This document shows positions 58,046-64,000 of a stretch of 64,000 bases of DNA, in pieces. The translations under genes were made by a program, and so were the position numbers. Below the pieces are notes generated by a model that saw nothing but the letters and a program-made list of their open reading frames with translations, ran no database searches and was not told where the DNA came from. Where the stretch lies: the NCBI RefSeq assembly GCF_009914755.1, contig NC_060925.1; one strand, 5' to 3'. How positions within the stretch are numbered: position 1 is the first letter of the stretch; every line of letters begins with the position of its first letter. The DNA comes from the human T2T-CHM13v2.0 reference genome, Homo sapiens.

Positions 58046-58498
58046 GGCCAGGCACCATGGCTCACGTCTGTAATCCCGGCACTTTGGGAGGCCAAGGCCC
58101 GTGGGTCACCTGAGGTCGGGAGTTTGAGACCAGCCTGGCCAACATGGTGAAACCCCTTCTCTACTAAAAATACAAAATTAGCCAGCTTGGTGCATGCCTG
58201 TAATCCCAGCTACTCTGGGGAGGCTGAGGCAGGAGAATCGCTTGAACCCGGGAGGCGGAGAGCTGGGATTGTGCCATTGCACTCCAGCCTGGGCAACAAG
58301 AGTGAAACTCAGTCTCAAAAAAAGAAAAAAAAAAAATAGCTGGGTGTGGTGGCAGGCGCCTGTAATCCCGGCTACTCGGAGGCTGAGGCAGGAAAATTGC
58401 TTGAACCCAGCAGGCGGAGGTTGCAATGAGCCGAGATCGTGCCATTGCACTCCAGCCTGGGCGACGAGCGAAACTCTGTCTCAAAAAACAAAACAAAA
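58046..58498 (+). mobile_element. Alu with an extra right arm (L-R-R structure)
   Basis: Full Alu to ~58336, then TAGCTGGGTGTGGTGG... a second right monomer with A-tail. Confidence 0.85.
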
Positions 58499-59366
58499 CT
58501 ATTTTATTTGCAGCATATTTGTGCTAGTTTTTGTCATTTGTACATGAATACATGTGGGAGGCTAGTAGAGCCTGGTCTGTGTATCTCACTGACTCACCAC
58601 ATACAAATTCTTTTCCAGGCTAGAGTTCAGGATTCATTTGCTTCTCAAGCATATCAGAACGACTGGTATTAGAGTTTGAAAAAGGTAGCTGGGAGTAGGG
58701 AGGGCGGGGCTCTGTTACTGGGTAATTTTACCTAGTATGTTTGCTTATTAGACTGATTTTTAGCAGTCGTCATTTTGTAAAATAGATAGGAATGGTCATA
58801 GCCACTGGATTTCCATGGGTAGGGTTTTGTAAGGTAAGTTGCAGTATAAGCCCCAAGGAATAATGGTATTAAATCACAATTTGTGAGATATTTGGTCTGT
58901 CATCAGTAGATCTGTGGGCCATTGTGCTGCAAGCTGTGGTATACCATTGAGATGATAGTGACTGTCTTTTCCCTCAAAGAGCCTGCAGTCTAGACCTGGC
59001 AGAAAAAAAAAAAAAAACTGCTTGTGAGGCACCAAGTCCCTCAGGAATTATATAAATTAATTGCAGTGAGAATAAGAAACGGGAGAGGATCATGGAGGTG
59101 GGGATTGGGAGGGATTGGGTTAGGCAGTACCTACATTGAAAAAGTGGAGATTGATCCAGGCTTGACGAGAGGTGTGTATAGAACCCCTGACTCCGGAAAT
59201 GCAGAACTATTTGCTTAGTGGATACAGGGCCTTCTGGGCCTGTATTTTCAGTATCTGGGTCACCAGAAATATCGCTTCAGGGGTTTCTCATTGTTCTAGG
59301 AAATGTTTGTGTGCCCTGTCTCTTGAGGACATTCTCAGTCCACCTCAAGTGCTGTGTAGATGTTAA

Positions 59367-61716
<2,350 letters not shown>

Positions 61717-62519
61717 AATTTTTTTTGGTTTTCCAATAAGCACTGTGGTGTATGTGCTGTTAACTGTCTCCGGTGGACTCCGCAAGCTCGATGTACACAG
61801 TGCTGGGCTGGTGCCATGGCTGCTACTCTATGAAAAGTTTTTGACATCACACTGAATGGCTGAGACACTATAAACATTTTACTTTTCAACTCAACCTCGT
61901 GTCCTAGCAAAGGTGCTTTATCTAGTTTCTGTAGCTGTTCGAATGAAAGGCACAAATTTGGTGAGCTGCTGAGAATGGAGCAGACCTGGCACGGTGTGAT
62001 CTAAGAGACTGGGGTGAACAGATGAATCAAGTTGCCTGTGACATTTGTGAGACACGGTGCTAGTATTCACCTTACTGTCTGGAGGGCCCAACCTCAAAGC
62101 CACTAAACATATGACATTAGCCAAGTCCTCTGATCTCTCTAGACAGCAGTTTTCTCCTAAGACAAGACGGCTTTTTGGCTTGGCTGAAGTAAGCCAGGTG
62201 ATTTTAAACAATGCATTAAGCTCTTCTGAAATCTAACAGCCTTGTTCCATGCTCCTCGCTATGGAGAAGAGAGCGCTGAGGGAAAGAGGCCCTGTAGTCT
62301 TTTGCCAATGGTGTCGGATGGGCTGCTCAGTCCCAGCACTTGAAAGTTGCAAACCTAGTCAAGAAAGTGCACACAGTACTTCGGATTTTTATGAGATATA
62401 ATTACATTGACATGACGCCTCATGATTTACCCATGACTCGGGGGGTTTCCAAACTCCAAACACCTCCAGACTGGAGCCCGTCAATCAGCTTCCTCTTGCT
62501 TTTCGTGGACTCCCACTGT

Positions 62520-63680
62520 GGAAACCTGCTGGTGTTTTGCTGCGGTTTCATTTCCCTCTGCGGAGGAGCCAGGGCAACCTTGGCCAGACAGGCACCTAGC
62601 TGTGCCCTTCTTTCCAGGGCCTCTTCTCCACTCAGCTGACTCCCCTGGCCTGCCTAACGCTCCTGACTGAGACGGTTTTCCGGCTTCCTCTAACAGGTTG
62701 GCGGGAAGTTGATCTGCAAACGCGAGGCAAAGCAGGAGTGTCCTTATTCGGTAGGCCTCTGATGGGCCACCAGAGCCGTCCGAAAGTCCTAGCGGAGTGA
62801 TTGACAGTGGCCATTTCAAAGCCTGAGTTCACCTTCTTTGCAACCACAATCACGACCCAGAATAAACTGCTTCCTGGAAGCCGGCTAGTTGCACCTGGCC
62901 TGAAGTCAGTCTCGGGACTGCCTCTCAGGACCCCAGACAGGGTTTCGGGTTCCCGCCTGGGTCACGTGTACGGAGGCTGCCAGTGCGCACTCAGCCCGGC
63001 CCGCCGGTCGCCACAGCAACACCAATCCCGGGTTCAAGCCCGCCTAGGAAGTGCGGTCCCCGCCTGACCGCCCCGGGCTTAAGGGAGCCTGGCTAGGCCG
63101 GCAGCCGGATGGTCCCGCAGCTCGGGGCCGGCCATGCTTCGCGGTCCGTGGCGCCAGCTTTGGCTCTTTCTCCTGCTGCTGCTCCCGGGCGCGCCTGAGC
63201 CCCGCGGCGCCTCCAGGCCGTGGGAGGGAACCGACGAGCCGGGCTCGGCCTGGGCCTGGCCGGGCTTCCAGCGCCTGCAGGAGCAGCTCAGGGCGGCGGG
63301 TGCCCTCTCCAAGCGGTACTGGACGCTCTTCAGCTGCCAGGTGTGGCCCGACGACTGTGACGAGGACGAGGAGGCAGCCACGGGGCCCCTGGGTAAGACC
63401 CCGTCCCCACGGTCCGCCGTTCGCTGCGGAGCAGAGTGCGATCCGGGCGCGGCTGTGGTCGCCTCGCTCCTGTCCGGGGCGACATCTGGGCCCGCAGTCC
63501 TGCTCTGCTCAGCCGCCGGTACCGGCTGTGGGCGGGGGCAGCCTCCGCGGAGCAGGGAGCCCCATCACCGCCCTTGCCCCACCCGCGTCCCCTGCGCACC
63601 CCCCTGGCGCCCGGCTTCCCGTCCCCCGCCTCCCCTGATCCCTGCGCTTTCCAGATTCTCTCGCACCGCCTGTGCCATCT
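62520..63680 (+). promoter_or_regulatory. TOR3A: TOR3A promoter and CpG island
   Basis: CpG-rich from ~62940; ISRE-like 62544-62556, GAS TTCCTGGAA 62871-62879, E-box GTCACGTG 62961-62968, CCAAT 63022-63026, ETS AGGAAGTG ~63046-63053. Confidence 0.85.
63134..63392 (+). CDS. TOR3A: TOR3A (torsin family 3 member A, ER AAA+ ATPase) coding exon 1
   Basis: GCCATGC start; signal peptide MLRGPWRQLWLFLLLLLPGAPEPRG; donor TGG|GTAAGA at 63392/63393 (phase 1). Confidence 0.93.
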
Positions 63681-63944
63681 CCCAGCCCACCCTGGCGTTA
63701 TTCGAAGGTGTTGCTCTTGACAGCTCTAGGGAACGTCCGCTGTGGACATGCCTGGTGACTGCCGTCTCCCTTGCTGCTTTTGGACGCAGGGCTTGAGGAC
63801 CGACAGTGGGCCGAGTCGGGGCTGGGAGTTAGAATCTGAGTTCTGGGTGTCCCTCTGTCCCTGACAAGTTGTGTGTCAAGGTTGCCGCATCACTGTAGAG
63901 CACCGGATGGTCTCCTCTCGGTCTCACAGCTCCTCCTTTTCCAG

Positions 63945-64000
63945 GCTGGCGCCTTCCTCTGTTGGGCCAGCGGTACCTGGACCTCCTGACCACGTGGTAC
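63945..64000 (+). CDS. TOR3A: TOR3A exon 2 (partial, truncated by window end): GWRLPLLGQRYLDLLTTWY
   Basis: Acceptor CCTTTTCCAG|GC; continues the exon 1 frame and matches the recalled TOR3A sequence. Confidence 0.92.

Noticed and set aside
63022-63040. CCAAT box as a possible ER-stress element (ERSE) for TOR3A
   Set aside because: Lacks the CCACG at N9 spacing required by the ERSE consensus
63393-63796. Continuation of the 220-aa ORF beyond TOR3A exon 1
   Set aside because: Read-through into GC-rich intron 1 past a strong GTAAGA donor; the true frame resumes at 63945

Overview
Human (primate) genomic DNA, consistent with chr1q25. The window holds the complete FAM20B gene (glycosaminoglycan xylosylkinase) on the + strand. 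It has a CpG-island promoter, a non-coding exon 1 ending at 7166, seven coding exons that splice to a 1230-nt CDS (409 aa, all introns GT-AG), and a ~4.4-kb 3'UTR ending near tandem AATAAA signals at ~57564-57581. About 5.5 kb downstream lie the CpG-island promoter, exon 1 and start of exon 2 of TOR3A (torsin 3A/ADIR). The introns are very repeat-rich: ~40 Alus, a full-length antisense SVA with TSD, a MER52 solo LTR with 4-bp TSD, an RPS26 processed pseudogene, MaLR/ERVL LTRs, MER1B/MER5 and L1/MIR fragments. Almost all ORFs in the supplied track are Alu/SVA/L1/GC-rich artefacts. I found no credible new protein-coding system. The most interesting signals are regulatory: a uORF-dense FAM20B 5'UTR with an AUGA stop/start overlap, in-frame exons starting with GT (recursive-splice candidates) flanked by inverted Alus, an inverted Alu pair in the 3'UTR, an SVA+LTR stack just upstream of the start-codon exon, two neighbouring Alus sharing private mutations, and ISRE/GAS motifs in the TOR3A promoter. 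Repeat boundaries and subfamily calls are by eye and approximate.
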